Source of the DNA: Nitrososphaerota archaeon | Lineage (GTDB): Archaea; Thermoproteota; Nitrososphaeria; Conexivisphaerales; UBA164 | DNA: 64,000 bases | Direction of reading: 5' to 3' | NCBI GenBank assembly: GCA_009903795.1 | Contig: WYER01000005.1 | Location: 21,659 to 85,658 of the forward strand | Shown here: one piece after another, positions 18,441 through 28,444 of the stretch | Numbering within the stretch: position 1 is the first letter of the stretch | Layout of the letters: the number at the start of each line of letters is the position of its first letter | Program-made: the position numbers and the translations under genes | Notes under the pieces: generated by a model | What the model saw: the letters and a program-made list of their open reading frames with translations, nothing else | Databases searched by the model: none | What the model was told of the DNA's origin: nothing

Positions 18441-18731
18441 CTAAGCTTCTTCCAGATAAAACACGTACCTAGCGCCTTCGAACTCTCCTTCGCCCTTCTC
18501 CTTCCAAGTTATCTTGTACTTTTTAACTGACCTCGCAGAGCTAACCGTTGCTACAGAAGGCACGCTTTTCCATAACCTTTCAACCTTTTCCTTATCTTTT
18601 GTCATCAGCAGCGATCTCCTTTTCTTCATAAGGTACTTAATAAGCGTCTTTTGCGGATCATAACCTTCAACCTCAACCTTCTCATTCCCGAAGTCAAGCA
18701 AGAATTTTCTTTTTCCCATGCATAAATTCAT
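18441..18731 (-). CDS. hypothetical small basic protein
   Basis: 96-aa ORF with no recognised motif. Confidence 0.35.
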   Translation of the reverse strand: MNLCMGKRKFLLDFGNEKVEVEGYDPQKTLIKYLMKKRRSLLMTKDKEKVERLWKSVPSVATVSSARSVKKYKITWKEKGEGEFEGARYVFYLEEA

Positions 18732-19292
18732 ACGTACAAAGATAAAAGCTTTAGCCCTGAGCGATCTAAACCTCGTTGTTGGAGCTTACGGTTCATAGCG
18801 CGCTTGCTTTCGCTTGGGTTTATCACTTGAAATCCTGCTTCATCTTATAATTTTTTGTTTCCTGAAATTTTCTGCTAATGAGAGTGTTTTCTCTTATTAT
18901 TTCATTCTTGTCAGGGTTGAGCCTAAGTATTTAAAGAAAATGTTCTGTAAAATTTAAAAAGCATTTCTGAAAGGTGTCATCTAAAGCTCAAAAAATATTT
19001 TTTGCCTTTTAACCTTATATTAAGTTAAAGATGCACGAAGATACATAAAAGGCTCATATTTATGAATTAAAACTGTCTTAGCAAACTCTGAAAACGCGTT
19101 TAAAAATAAAAATTCTTTAATAAAAATATCTTTTTTAAAGCGTAAAAGGTTTCATATTTAATTATTAATCGCCGTTTTTATTAAAAATGTTATAAAATTT
19201 GAAGGTTTGATTGTTCAATTATCTTAAAATCAAAACAATAAAAATCAAATAATTTGGAAATACTTAAAAAACATGCGGTTTAGGAAGGTTTC

Positions 19293-21704
19293 GTGAGCGG
19301 AAATTTACCCCCTAAAAAAAGCTTCGAGGAACTTTTAAAGGAGCTGGGGGTAGACCCATTAAAGGGCCTTACTTCTGAAGAAGTCAAAATTAGGCAGAAA
19401 AAATTTGGGTTTAACGAAGTTGTTGAAAAGAAGGAATCATCTTTAAAAAGGCTCGCAAAGAAGTTCTGGGGACTTACTTCGTGGATGCTAGAAATAACAA
19501 TGGTTCTTACGCTGATTTTAGGAAGGTACCTTGATTTTTATATAGTAACAGGGCTTCTTCTTTTAAACGTTCTTCTTGGGTACTTTCAGGAAGAAAGGGC
19601 AAACAAGGCTCTAGAAGCTCTCAAACAGAAACTGCATGTTAATTCCAGAGTTTATAGAGATGGTAAGTGGACTGTAATACCTGCAAGAGAACTTGTCCCA
19701 GGAGATATAGTCAGAATAAGGGCCGGCGATATAGTTCCTGCTGATATAGTAATAGGAGAAGGAGAAGTTGAGGTTGATCAATCTGCCTTAACTGGAGAAT
19801 CGCTAACAGTATCCAGAGGTTCTAACGAAGCCGTTTACTCTGGCTCTGTAATAAGGAGAGGTGAAGCCACGGGAATAGTAACAGCAACAGGCGCAAAGAC
19901 ATACTTCGGAAAGACAACAGAGCTTGTAAACATTGCAAGGCCAAAGCTTCACATGGAAGAGGTCATAGGACAGGTTGTAAAATGGCTCTTAATCATGGTC
20001 ATTACTCTCCTAGCTGCTGCTTTTGTATATTCAGCAATACTGATAAAGGCCGGTTACCTTAGCCTGCTTGAACTTTCCCTCGTACTTTTGGTCTCTGCTA
20101 TACCCGTAGCTCTGCCTGCTATGTTCACAATAACCATGGCTCTTGGCTCCATAGAGCTTTCTAAGAAGGGAGTTCTTGTTACCCGTTTATCTGCTTCAGA
20201 AGACGCAGCTTCAATGGATACTTTGTGCGTTGACAAAACTGGTACTATAACGTTAAATAAGATTTCAGTGGCAGAGGTTGTACCAGTTAATAGCTTTAGC
20301 GAAGATGATGTGGTGATATTTGGAGCACTTGCTTCAGAAGAGGCTAATCAGGACCCAATAGATCTGGCTTTTATACAGGAAGCCAAAGATAAGAAAGTAG
20401 ACCTTAACAAATACAAGGTTTTAAAGTTTGTCCCATTTGATCCAAAGACAAGAAGAACAGAGGCTACAGTACAGTTTGACGGAAAAACCGTTGATGTGAT
20501 AAAGGGAGCTGTCAACGTTGTAATTCAGCTGTGCAAGCTTGATGAACAGACAAAGAAAAAGGTTCAAGAAACTATGGATGAAATGGCAGAAAAAGGTTAC
20601 AGGAGCCTGGGCGTCGCTTTAAGGGAAAATAATGAAGCTAAGCTTATAGGCATAGTAGGACTTTACGACAAGCCAAGACCGGATTCAGCTCATCTAATCT
20701 CAGAATTGAAAGATCTTGGCGTAAAGGTCAAAATGCTAACTGGGGATGCAAAACCTATAGCGTTACAAGTAGCAAAGCAGGTTGGGCTTGGAGAAAACGC
20801 TGCTGACATTGTTGAAGTAAAACAAATGAATGATGAAGAAAGGGATGAAATAATAGAAAAGAGCGACGTTTTTGCAGAAGTTTATCCTGAGGATAAGTAC
20901 ATGATCGTAAAATCTTTGCAGAAAAAGAAGCATATAGTGGGAATGACAGGGGATGGGGTAAATGATGCGCCAGCTTTAAAACAAGCGGAAGTTGGCATAG
21001 CTGTAAGCAATGCAACTGATGTTGCAAAGGCCGCAGCAAGCGTTGTTCTGACGCAGCCTGGCTTGATAAACATAGTCGACCTCGTTAAAACTGGTAGAAT
21101 GATATATCAAAGAATAGTAACCTGGATATTTAACAAAGTTGTAAAAACATTCCAGATAGTTGTTTTTACTGTCATCGCGCTGTTTTTATGGAACCGGTTC
21201 GTCGTAAATGCGTACGATGTTTTGTTACTTCTTTTCCTTATCGATTTTGTAACAATATCGATTTCAACAGATAACGTAAGGTATTCAAAAAACCCTGATA
21301 AGTGGAACATAGATTGGCTTGTAAAAGTTTCTATGCTTATAGGAGTAGCATCTGTAATCGAATCGCTGTTCTTCACTTACATTGGCGTAAAGTACTTTGC
21401 GCTTCTTAACAACGTAAACCAGCTGCATACATTTGGGTTTGAGCTGCTTATGCTTTCCGGTATGCTAACCATATTTGTGGTAAGGGAACGCGGTCATTTT
21501 TGGAACTCAAGACCAAGCAATACTTTGCTTATTTCGATTATAACTGACATAGCTTTGGCGGTTGCGATATCAACTTTCGGGATCCCGGGCATAACTCCAA
21601 TACCTTTAATTGACTCCCTAACGCTTCTTGCACTTTCAGTGATTTTTATGTTATTTGTAAATGACTTTGTAAAGATAGCAGTGATCAAAAAGATTAAACA
21701 GTAA
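19293..21704 (+). CDS. P-type ATPase, plasma-membrane H+-ATPase-like (P3A type)
   Basis: TGES, CVDKTGTITLN (phosphorylation site), MLTGD and GDGVNDAPALKQAEVGIAV. Confidence 0.85.
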   Translation: MSGNLPPKKSFEELLKELGVDPLKGLTSEEVKIRQKKFGFNEVVEKKESSLKRLAKKFWGLTSWMLEITMVLTLILGRYLDFYIVTGLLLLNVLLGYFQEERANKALEALKQKLHVNSRVYRDGKWTVIPARELVPGDIVRIRAGDIVPADIVIGEGEVEVDQSALTGESLTVSRGSNEAVYSGSVIRRGEATGIVTATGAKTYFGKTTELVNIARPKLHMEEVIGQVVKWLLIMVITLLAAAFVYSAILIKAGYLSLLELSLVLLVSAIPVALPAMFTITMALGSIELSKKGVLVTRLSASEDAASMDTLCVDKTGTITLNKISVAEVVPVNSFSEDDVVIFGALASEEANQDPIDLAFIQEAKDKKVDLNKYKVLKFVPFDPKTRRTEATVQFDGKTVDVIKGAVNVVIQLCKLDEQTKKKVQETMDEMAEKGYRSLGVALRENNEAKLIGIVGLYDKPRPDSAHLISELKDLGVKVKMLTGDAKPIALQVAKQVGLGENAADIVEVKQMNDEERDEIIEKSDVFAEVYPEDKYMIVKSLQKKKHIVGMTGDGVNDAPALKQAEVGIAVSNATDVAKAAASVVLTQPGLINIVDLVKTGRMIYQRIVTWIFNKVVKTFQIVVFTVIALFLWNRFVVNAYDVLLLLFLIDFVTISISTDNVRYSKNPDKWNIDWLVKVSMLIGVASVIESLFFTYIGVKYFALLNNVNQLHTFGFELLMLSGMLTIFVVRERGHFWNSRPSNTLLISIITDIALAVAISTFGIPGITPIPLIDSLTLLALSVIFMLFVNDFVKIAVIKKIKQ

Positions 21705-22182
21705 ACATGGTGCCGTTAACTTGGGCTCATTCTGATCACCTTATGTAATAAATAATTTTTGGCTTTCTGCATCTTTTCAAAACGCTTCAGTCTTGTTTTT
21801 ATATTTTTCATTTTAATTTTTTCAGAAATTCTTTAGAATCTAATGTGTACCATACTTCATTCTTGTCCACATCAACTCGTCAATAATGAATTTTCTCTCA
21901 TAGCTTACACATTTTTTGTACTTTTAGGCTTGTTCATAAAAGTCTCTTCTTTTGTAACGTTATGTCTCCAGCTTTCTTCAATACTAGTATAAAGAACATC
22001 TGTTATTCTCTCATTACAGAAATTCCCTGAACGGCGGATTTCTTTAAATTACCTTCAACCTTTTTCTTAACTATTCAATTTATCTTGTCATCTTTAAGTG
22101 CGCTACTTTAACTATTTATCCGAAACTTGCTCAAAAGTGCAGCTAGCTTATGAGGGTGAATAATTGTTTATTAAAAAAATTC

Positions 22183-23493
22183 TTAACGCTTTAAACTTTT
22201 AACATGTTTTAGTATTTCTTCAGATAGTTTTCCTTCTTTTTCTACAGCTTCATATCTTACTAAAGTTATTGGTTTATTTATATGGATAAAGAGGGAAAGA
22301 TTCGCTGGAGTCCCCAGAACTACTAGATCAGCCGGTATATTATTTATTGTTTCCTCCAGTTCTTTTAGTTGAAGCTCACTGTACCCAAGAGCAGGAAGAA
22401 TTTTTCCCATATGAGGGTATTTTTTGTAAGCTTCCGCTATGCTTCCTACTGCATATGGTCTAGGATCTACTAACTCAGCACCTTTTTGTAACGAAACTTT
22501 TGCGGCAACACCTTCGCTCAATCCGCCATGTGTTACTGTAGGGCCGTCTTCAACTGCTAGAACCTTTTTACCTTTTAGATCAATCTCAGTATTTAAAAAA
22601 GGCACTGAATCAGTAACGAATATTTTTGCTTTGCTATTTATTTCAAAAATCGTTTCTTTAAACCTTTCAATTTTCTCTTTTTCAACGAGATTTGCTTTAT
22701 TTATAACTATGGCGTCTGCCATTCTGACGCAAGCCTCACCAGGGAAGGAGCCCTTTACGCTGTTTTCCCGCATAGGATCTACTACAGTTATCATAAAATC
22801 CGGCATGTAAAAAGGCATATCGTTATTGCCTCCGTCCCACAGAATTATTTCTGAATTAGTTTCAGCTATTTGCAGTATTTTTTCATAATCTACGCCAGCG
22901 TAAACAACAGCACCGTTTTCTATATGAGGTTCGTATTCCTCGACTTCTTCTATGGTCAAACCTTTTAGGTCATCTAAGCTCTTAAAAATCTGAACCGCTT
23001 CTTTTTCAAGGTCTCCGTACGGCATAGGGTGCCTTACAACGCTAACTTTGAAGCCGTTCGACGCTAATACTTTATAAACAAACCTTGATATTGTGCTTTT
23101 CCCTACGCCAGTTCTTCCTCCTGCAACTGCAATCACAGGCTTTTTAGATTTAATCATTGTGTCTTTGGGTCCAAGAAAGTGGAATGAAGCACCGTTGGCA
23201 AGAGCTATTGACGCTAATTTCATAGGTGTTTCAAAATCAACATCGCTGTAAGAAAAGTAGACGTCATCAACTTCAAATTTCTTTATAAGCTCGGGGAGCA
23301 TCTTCTCCGGATATATAGGAATCCCTTCAGGGTAGTTTTTACCTGCAAGAGACGCAGGATAAATTCTGTTTTCTATAAAAGGTATCTGTGTAGCGGTAAA
23401 AGCCACAACCTTTACCTCTGGGTTATCCCTGAAAAAAACATTAAAGTTGTGAAAGTCTCTTCCTGCAGCCCCCATGATTATAGCTTTTCTCAT
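22183..23493 (-). CDS. COG2403-type P-loop protein (cyclic 2,3-diphosphoglycerate synthetase-like)
   Basis: N-terminal IIMGAAGRDFHNFN and a P-loop GGRTGVGKST. It has a 4-nt overlap with the upstream aminotransferase gene. Confidence 0.5.
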   Translation of the reverse strand: MRKAIIMGAAGRDFHNFNVFFRDNPEVKVVAFTATQIPFIENRIYPASLAGKNYPEGIPIYPEKMLPELIKKFEVDDVYFSYSDVDFETPMKLASIALANGASFHFLGPKDTMIKSKKPVIAVAGGRTGVGKSTISRFVYKVLASNGFKVSVVRHPMPYGDLEKEAVQIFKSLDDLKGLTIEEVEEYEPHIENGAVVYAGVDYEKILQIAETNSEIILWDGGNNDMPFYMPDFMITVVDPMRENSVKGSFPGEACVRMADAIVINKANLVEKEKIERFKETIFEINSKAKIFVTDSVPFLNTEIDLKGKKVLAVEDGPTVTHGGLSEGVAAKVSLQKGAELVDPRPYAVGSIAEAYKKYPHMGKILPALGYSELQLKELEETINNIPADLVVLGTPANLSLFIHINKPITLVRYEAVEKEGKLSEEILKHVKSLKR

Positions 23494-24821
23494 TCTTTTT
23501 CAGCCTCCATAATACCTTTCTCAACTATATCAAGAGCTTCTGATACAAGATCTTCTGTTATTGTTAACGGAGGAGCAAACCTAAGCGTGCTGATCCCTGC
23601 AGTTATTAACAGAACCCCGTGTTTCCAGCTGTATTCTATTATTTTCTTTGCTCCATCAGGATTTGGTTCCTTAGTTTCTTTGTTCTTAACAATTTCAGCG
23701 CCTATCATAAGACCTTTGCCCCTCACATCGCCAACTATTTCATGTTTTTCCTTTATTTCATCTAATCTCTTAAGCATGTACTTTCCAACTTTTTCAGCGT
23801 TCTCTAAAAGCTTCATTTTTCTTATCGTATTTATAGTTGCAATAGCGGCCTCTGTCGCTACAGGGTTTCCACCAAAAGTACTTGCATGACTTCCTGGAGG
23901 CCAGCTCATTAACTCAGCCCTAGAGACCACAGCTGATAGAGGCAATCCCGAGGCTAGAGCTTTAGCTATAAGTATTACATCAGGCTCAACACCATAATGT
24001 TCAATTGCAAACCACTTACCGGTCCTTCCCATGCCAGCCTGAACTTCATCATCAACTACTATTATCCCGTTTTCTTTCATTAAATTAAAAAACTTTTTGA
24101 AATAGTCGTCAGGAGGAACAACGTACCCTCCTTCACCCTGTATAGGTTCTATAAAAGCAGCGGCCACTTCATCAGGAGGTACATATTTCTGGAAGAGATT
24201 TTCTTTTATGTAATCAACACAATAAAGGTTACAATTGGGATAAGTTAGTTTAAACGGACATCTGTAACAGTAAGGGTACGGCACATGTTCTACTCCTGGA
24301 AGAAGAGGAGAAAAGCCCCTAACCTGTGCTGGTTTGCTTGCGGTCAAGCTGAGAGCCCCCATAGTCCTACCATGAAAAGATCCTATAAATGCAAGTAGCC
24401 TAGGCCTTTTTGTGTAATACCTCACAAGTTTTATTGCTGCTTCTACAGCTTCTGCGCCAGAATTCCCGTAATAAACTTTTTTCTCAAAGCTGCCTGGGGT
24501 TATCTTTATAAGCTCTTTAGCGAGAGTTACTATGTTTTCATAATAAAAATCTGTGTATGAATAGTGAATAAATTTCCTTATTTGACGTTCAACGGCTTTT
24601 ATTACCGGGTCTGGAGCGGTTCCAAGCCCAAGCACGGCTATCCCGGCATTCATATCTATGTATTTATTCCCGTCTACGTCTTCGATTATAGCTCCTTTAC
24701 CCTTTTTTATTACGAACGGATAGAACCTCTGAATTGACGGGGAAAGGTATCTCTGGGTATCCTCAACTATCTTTTTAGCTTTTTCCCCTGGAGGTTCAAC
24801 CTTTATTTTTGTACGTTGCAT
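23490..24821 (-). CDS. class III PLP-dependent aminotransferase (4-aminobutyrate/acetylornithine type)
   Basis: GNSGAEAVEAAIKL, VVDDEVQAGMGRTGKWFA, and the STFGGNP-type C-terminal motif (HASTFGGNPVA). Confidence 0.8.
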   Translation of the reverse strand: MQRTKIKVEPPGEKAKKIVEDTQRYLSPSIQRFYPFVIKKGKGAIIEDVDGNKYIDMNAGIAVLGLGTAPDPVIKAVERQIRKFIHYSYTDFYYENIVTLAKELIKITPGSFEKKVYYGNSGAEAVEAAIKLVRYYTKRPRLLAFIGSFHGRTMGALSLTASKPAQVRGFSPLLPGVEHVPYPYCYRCPFKLTYPNCNLYCVDYIKENLFQKYVPPDEVAAAFIEPIQGEGGYVVPPDDYFKKFFNLMKENGIIVVDDEVQAGMGRTGKWFAIEHYGVEPDVILIAKALASGLPLSAVVSRAELMSWPPGSHASTFGGNPVATEAAIATINTIRKMKLLENAEKVGKYMLKRLDEIKEKHEIVGDVRGKGLMIGAEIVKNKETKEPNPDGAKKIIEYSWKHGVLLITAGISTLRFAPPLTITEDLVSEALDIVEKGIMEAEKE

Positions 24822-25004
24822 ATTTAGTTATAGGAAACCGTATAAGATAAAAATTTCGAATCTAATGATGGAAAATTTTTATGTTTTTCGTACATAATTA
24901 AGAAAAATATTTCTAATTTCGGATAAAAAAATTACATATGACAAAAGTCTAACTAGAATTCTCGAATAGAAAGCGTTAAAAAGGCTAAAAATATTTTTGA
25001 ACCT

Positions 25005-25466
25005 ATGCAGGTTATTGTGTCGGATAAGAGCACAGATTTCCTTTTGCAAGAACTAAAAGATGTTTTAAAAAGTGAAAAAGTAATTGGACTTGCAAGGTTA
25101 CCCGAACCAAGACCGGGAATAAGGTACAGAGATGTTATCAAGAAAATTTTCAGCCTTGCGGGAAGCGTACAGGCTATTGTTTTTATTGAAATGGAAGACG
25201 GGGAAAAAAGGGTTTATGTATTTGATTTAGAAGCAGCTATAAAACCAGGTACGCCGTTAACCGAATCAAAAGTTAAAGTAAAGGGAAAATATTTTAAGTA
25301 CAAGGATGGGCTTTCTCAAGTGGTATATTACAAAGAAAGCTCGGAAGGAAAGGCTGAAGACGTTTTCAGAATGATTGATGAAATGGCTGACCTTTATGAG
25401 GCAGCATACGAACAGGCTTTTTCAAGAAAGGTTTCTGCTATAGATATTTACTATTGGTTAGAATAG
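25005..25466 (+). CDS. hypothetical protein next to the CRISPR trailer
   Basis: 153-aa ORF. I see no resemblance to Cas proteins. Confidence 0.4.
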   Translation: MQVIVSDKSTDFLLQELKDVLKSEKVIGLARLPEPRPGIRYRDVIKKIFSLAGSVQAIVFIEMEDGEKRVYVFDLEAAIKPGTPLTESKVKVKGKYFKYKDGLSQVVYYKESSEGKAEDVFRMIDEMADLYEAAYEQAFSRKVSAIDIYYWLE

Positions 25467-25654
25467 GGTTCTGCATACTCCCCTAACCCTATTGGAACGC
25501 GTTCCTGGATAATAGCCATGCTTCCTTTTACGTAAGTTTGTAAATTGATACCCTGCTTTTATCAGACTTCAGCAAGAAGTTTTTGCTTCTTGAAATTTTC
25601 TACTGAGAAGAGTTTCTTTTCTCTTATTCTTGCATCCATTTCAGGGTTATGAAC

Positions 25655-26186
25655 GTTTAAATCCTATATTAGTCTTCTGATTATAACGAAACGAGCGCTT
25701 TTAATTTTCCCGTGCTTTGCAACGCGAAAGAGTTTCAATCCTATATTAGTCTGATTATAACAATGATAGTATCGCAGTTCAGGACATTTCAAGACATATT
25801 GTTTCAATCCTATATTAGTCTGATTATAACCACGTCTTTTGTTTTCAGGTAGGAATACGCAATATGGGTTTCAATCCTATATTAGTCTGATTATAACAAC
25901 ATGACTTTCATTCCGCAAGACCCGAACGAGGAAATTCCCCCACGTTTCAATCCTATATTAGTCTGATTATAACCAAAACTGGATGTGAAAGTAAAAGTAA
26001 TTCAGGTATATTGTTTCAATCCTATATTAGTCTGATTATAACAATTAACAATGACGCAGTGGAAGTTACTACCAGTGCTTGATGTAAGTTTCAATCCTAT
26101 ATTAGTCTGATTATAACTGTCACATAGGATGATACTATTGGTTGTTGATTAAACTTGTTTCAATCCTATATTAGTCTGATTATAAC
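25655..26186 (-). CRISPR. orphan CRISPR array with 8 repeats (one degenerate) and 7 spacers of 37-46 nt
   Basis: Exact 30-nt repeats gtttcaatcctatattagtctgattataac start at 25732, 25801, 25868, 25944, 26013, 26088 and 26157. A degenerate 33-nt repeat lies at 25655-25687 (c>a plus a ttc insertion). Read on the minus strand the repeat ends in ATTGAAAC, and the AT-rich flank at 26187+ fits a leader. Confidence 0.95.
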
Positions 26187-26500
26187 CCGCTACCGCATTA
26201 TTATATTTCATATAAATATAAAAGTTTTACTTTTTAGTATAATATTGGCTGAATCGTCGGTTTTGATGTTTATTTATAAAGATGAGCATGACGTTTGAAA
26301 AAAAAAGTAAAACATAACTCCTTTAATCTTATAATCTACTAATTATCTAGGGCGGGGAGGATGTCAGATCATTTTAAACAAGAAAAATCCTCTGTAAGGG
26401 TTAGGTAGTTCGTTTAAACTCAAACTTTTTAAGTTGATAAAAAGCTTCTATTTTATTTGCATGATAAACAGTTAAATTCTTAAAGTAATAGATAAACAAT

Positions 26501-28003
26501 ATGAGCAAATTTCAAAACCCAGTTATAAAAGAAATAACAGAAAAATACAGAAAAATATGGGCTATCATCCACGCTAACAACCTTCTTAGCTGGGATTCAG
26601 AAATTTATATGCCTGAGAGGGGTGTTTCTGAAAGATCTATAGCTTTAGCAGAGCTAAATGTGCTTTACAGGGAGCTCATATTAAAGGATGATTTTGTATC
26701 CCTCGTAGAAAAAGGAAAAAATGAAAAGGATCTAAACATGTGGGAATCTGGAACGATAAGGGTTTTAGACAGAGAAATAAACAAAATGAAGAAGATACCG
26801 CCGGAACTTTTGTTCGAATTGCAGAAAACTTCGTCTGAAGCTTTTCAGGTTTGGAAGAACGCTAAAGCACAAAAAAAGTTTGATGCTTTCCTTCCGTACC
26901 TAAAAAAGCTCGTGGATTTAAACATACAGATAGCTGAAAAGCTAGGTTATCAGGAAAAACCTTATGATGCCTTACTAGACATGTACGAGGAAGGGCTAAA
27001 TACCCGAGATGTCAAAGCCGTGTTTGATAGCCTAAAACCTGGCTTAAAGAATTATTTAGAAAAGATAAAGGGCGGGAAATTTTATGGAGTACACGAGCTT
27101 GAAGGCGTAAGTTATGAAACCTCATCGATGGAGAAGGTAAATAAAGAAGTCTTAAAGATGATAGAATATCCAGAGGAAAGGGCCAGAATAGACGTAAGCC
27201 CTCACCCCTTTACCATCAGCATGGGAATAAACGACGTAAGGATAACAACGAGGTATGAAGGTTATGACTTCAAAAGGTCTCTTTTCAGCGTTTTACATGA
27301 ATTCGGCCATGCGACTTATGAGCTTCAGATAGATCCTGAGCTTGACATGACACCTATAGGCACAGGGGTAAGTTTAGGAATACATGAAGGGCAGAGCAGA
27401 TTTTGGGAAAATGTAGTATCCAGAACTCTAGCTTTTACTGAATCTGTTAAACCTGTTCTTGACAAATACCTGGGTTTTACTTCTAAATATTCTCCAGAAG
27501 ATGTTTACAGGTATTTTGCAATGGTAAAGCCAAGCCCCATAAGAACTGAAGCTGACGAAGTTACTTACAACCTCCACATATCTTTGAGGTTTGAAATTGA
27601 GCAGATGCTTATTGAAAAGGAGCTAAAGCCTGAGGACGTACCAGAGGTATGGGACAACATGATGCAAGATCTACTAGGTATCAAGCCAGCTGATATTTCT
27701 GAAGGAGCATTACAGGACGTACACTGGGCCCACGGCACTTTTGGCTATTTCCCAACATACACTCTCGGAAACATAGTAGCTTCTATGATGATGAAAAAGC
27801 TTAGCGGTAAAAATAAGATATACGAGCTTGTTAGAAATAGAGCTTTCAAAGAAATAAAGGAATTCTTAAAAGAGAATGTACATCAGTACGGCTCATCGCT
27901 GTCTCCTAAAGATCTGCTTATAAAATCTTTTGGAAAGAGTTATTCCCCTGAAGACCTTTTAGATTATATTCAGTACAAATACATAAATGGCATCGAATAC
28001 TGA
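26501..28003 (+). CDS. M32 (Taq-type) metallocarboxypeptidase
   Basis: HPF, DVRITTRY, HEFGHATYE (HExxH) and IHEGQSRFWEN. Confidence 0.85.
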   Translation: MSKFQNPVIKEITEKYRKIWAIIHANNLLSWDSEIYMPERGVSERSIALAELNVLYRELILKDDFVSLVEKGKNEKDLNMWESGTIRVLDREINKMKKIPPELLFELQKTSSEAFQVWKNAKAQKKFDAFLPYLKKLVDLNIQIAEKLGYQEKPYDALLDMYEEGLNTRDVKAVFDSLKPGLKNYLEKIKGGKFYGVHELEGVSYETSSMEKVNKEVLKMIEYPEERARIDVSPHPFTISMGINDVRITTRYEGYDFKRSLFSVLHEFGHATYELQIDPELDMTPIGTGVSLGIHEGQSRFWENVVSRTLAFTESVKPVLDKYLGFTSKYSPEDVYRYFAMVKPSPIRTEADEVTYNLHISLRFEIEQMLIEKELKPEDVPEVWDNMMQDLLGIKPADISEGALQDVHWAHGTFGYFPTYTLGNIVASMMMKKLSGKNKIYELVRNRAFKEIKEFLKENVHQYGSSLSPKDLLIKSFGKSYSPEDLLDYIQYKYINGIEY

Positions 28004-28009
28004 TATTAC

Positions 28010-28303
28010 AAAATGAACAAAAGCCTCGCCTCTTCTAGAGGCTGGGTAAATTTAAATTACTAAAACCTTGTAAAGCATATTAAAGCGTGTCCCGTAGGGA
28101 ATACTTCAAGAAGGCTCTACATATCCTGGAGTCCAATGAGGATAGGGTAAGTGGCTGAAGGAACAGTCCGTGGTCTATCGCTGGACGAACAGAGCGGGGT
28201 GGGTAACCACTAGCTATGAAGTCATGAAGATGAAGGCGGTAAACCACGAACCTATGACCCGCCTTGAATGAACAATCGCCTTTTAAGGCGGTGAGGATGT
28301 CAG
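28010..28303 (+). mobile_element. TnpB-less miniature IS200/IS605 derivative (left end + tnpB 3' tail + right end)
   Basis: aaaatgaacaaaagcctcgcctcttctagaggctggg ... gtggtctatcgctggacgaacagagcggggtgggtaaccactagctatgaag ... gccttttaaggcggtgaggatgtcag. The ORF remnant contains stop codons. Confidence 0.85.
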
Positions 28304-28344
28304 AGAAAATTTAAAAACTAAACCAATAAATGATCTGCTGAAGA

Positions 28345-28429
28345 GCGGGGGTCCCCTAGCCAGGTCGATGGGGGCGGACTTAAGATCCGCTGGCGTAGGC
28401 CTTCGTGGGTTCGAATCCCACCCCCCGCA
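28345..28429 (+). tRNA. tRNA-Leu (UAA)
   Basis: GCGGGGG..GCGGA-CTTAAGA-TCCGC, a long variable arm TGGCGTAGGCCTTC, then GTGGG-TTCGAAT-CCCAC/CCCCCGC/A. Confidence 0.9.
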
Positions 28430-28444
28430 TCAAACGTTGTTTTT

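Noticed and set aside
21705-22182. A possible degraded gene in the 0.5-kb gap after the P-type ATPase. The minus-strand translation is RRSGNFCNERITDVLYTSIEESWRHNVTKEE.
   Set aside because: I recognise no family motif and the reading frames are short and broken. The evidence is insufficient for a pseudogene call.
25005-28003. Possible cas genes flanking the CRISPR array.
   Set aside because: The 153-aa ORF shows no Cas-like motif, and the downstream gene is clearly an M32 carboxypeptidase (HExxH, HPF). Nothing else in the window resembles Cas1, Cas2, Cas3, Cas6 or Cas10.
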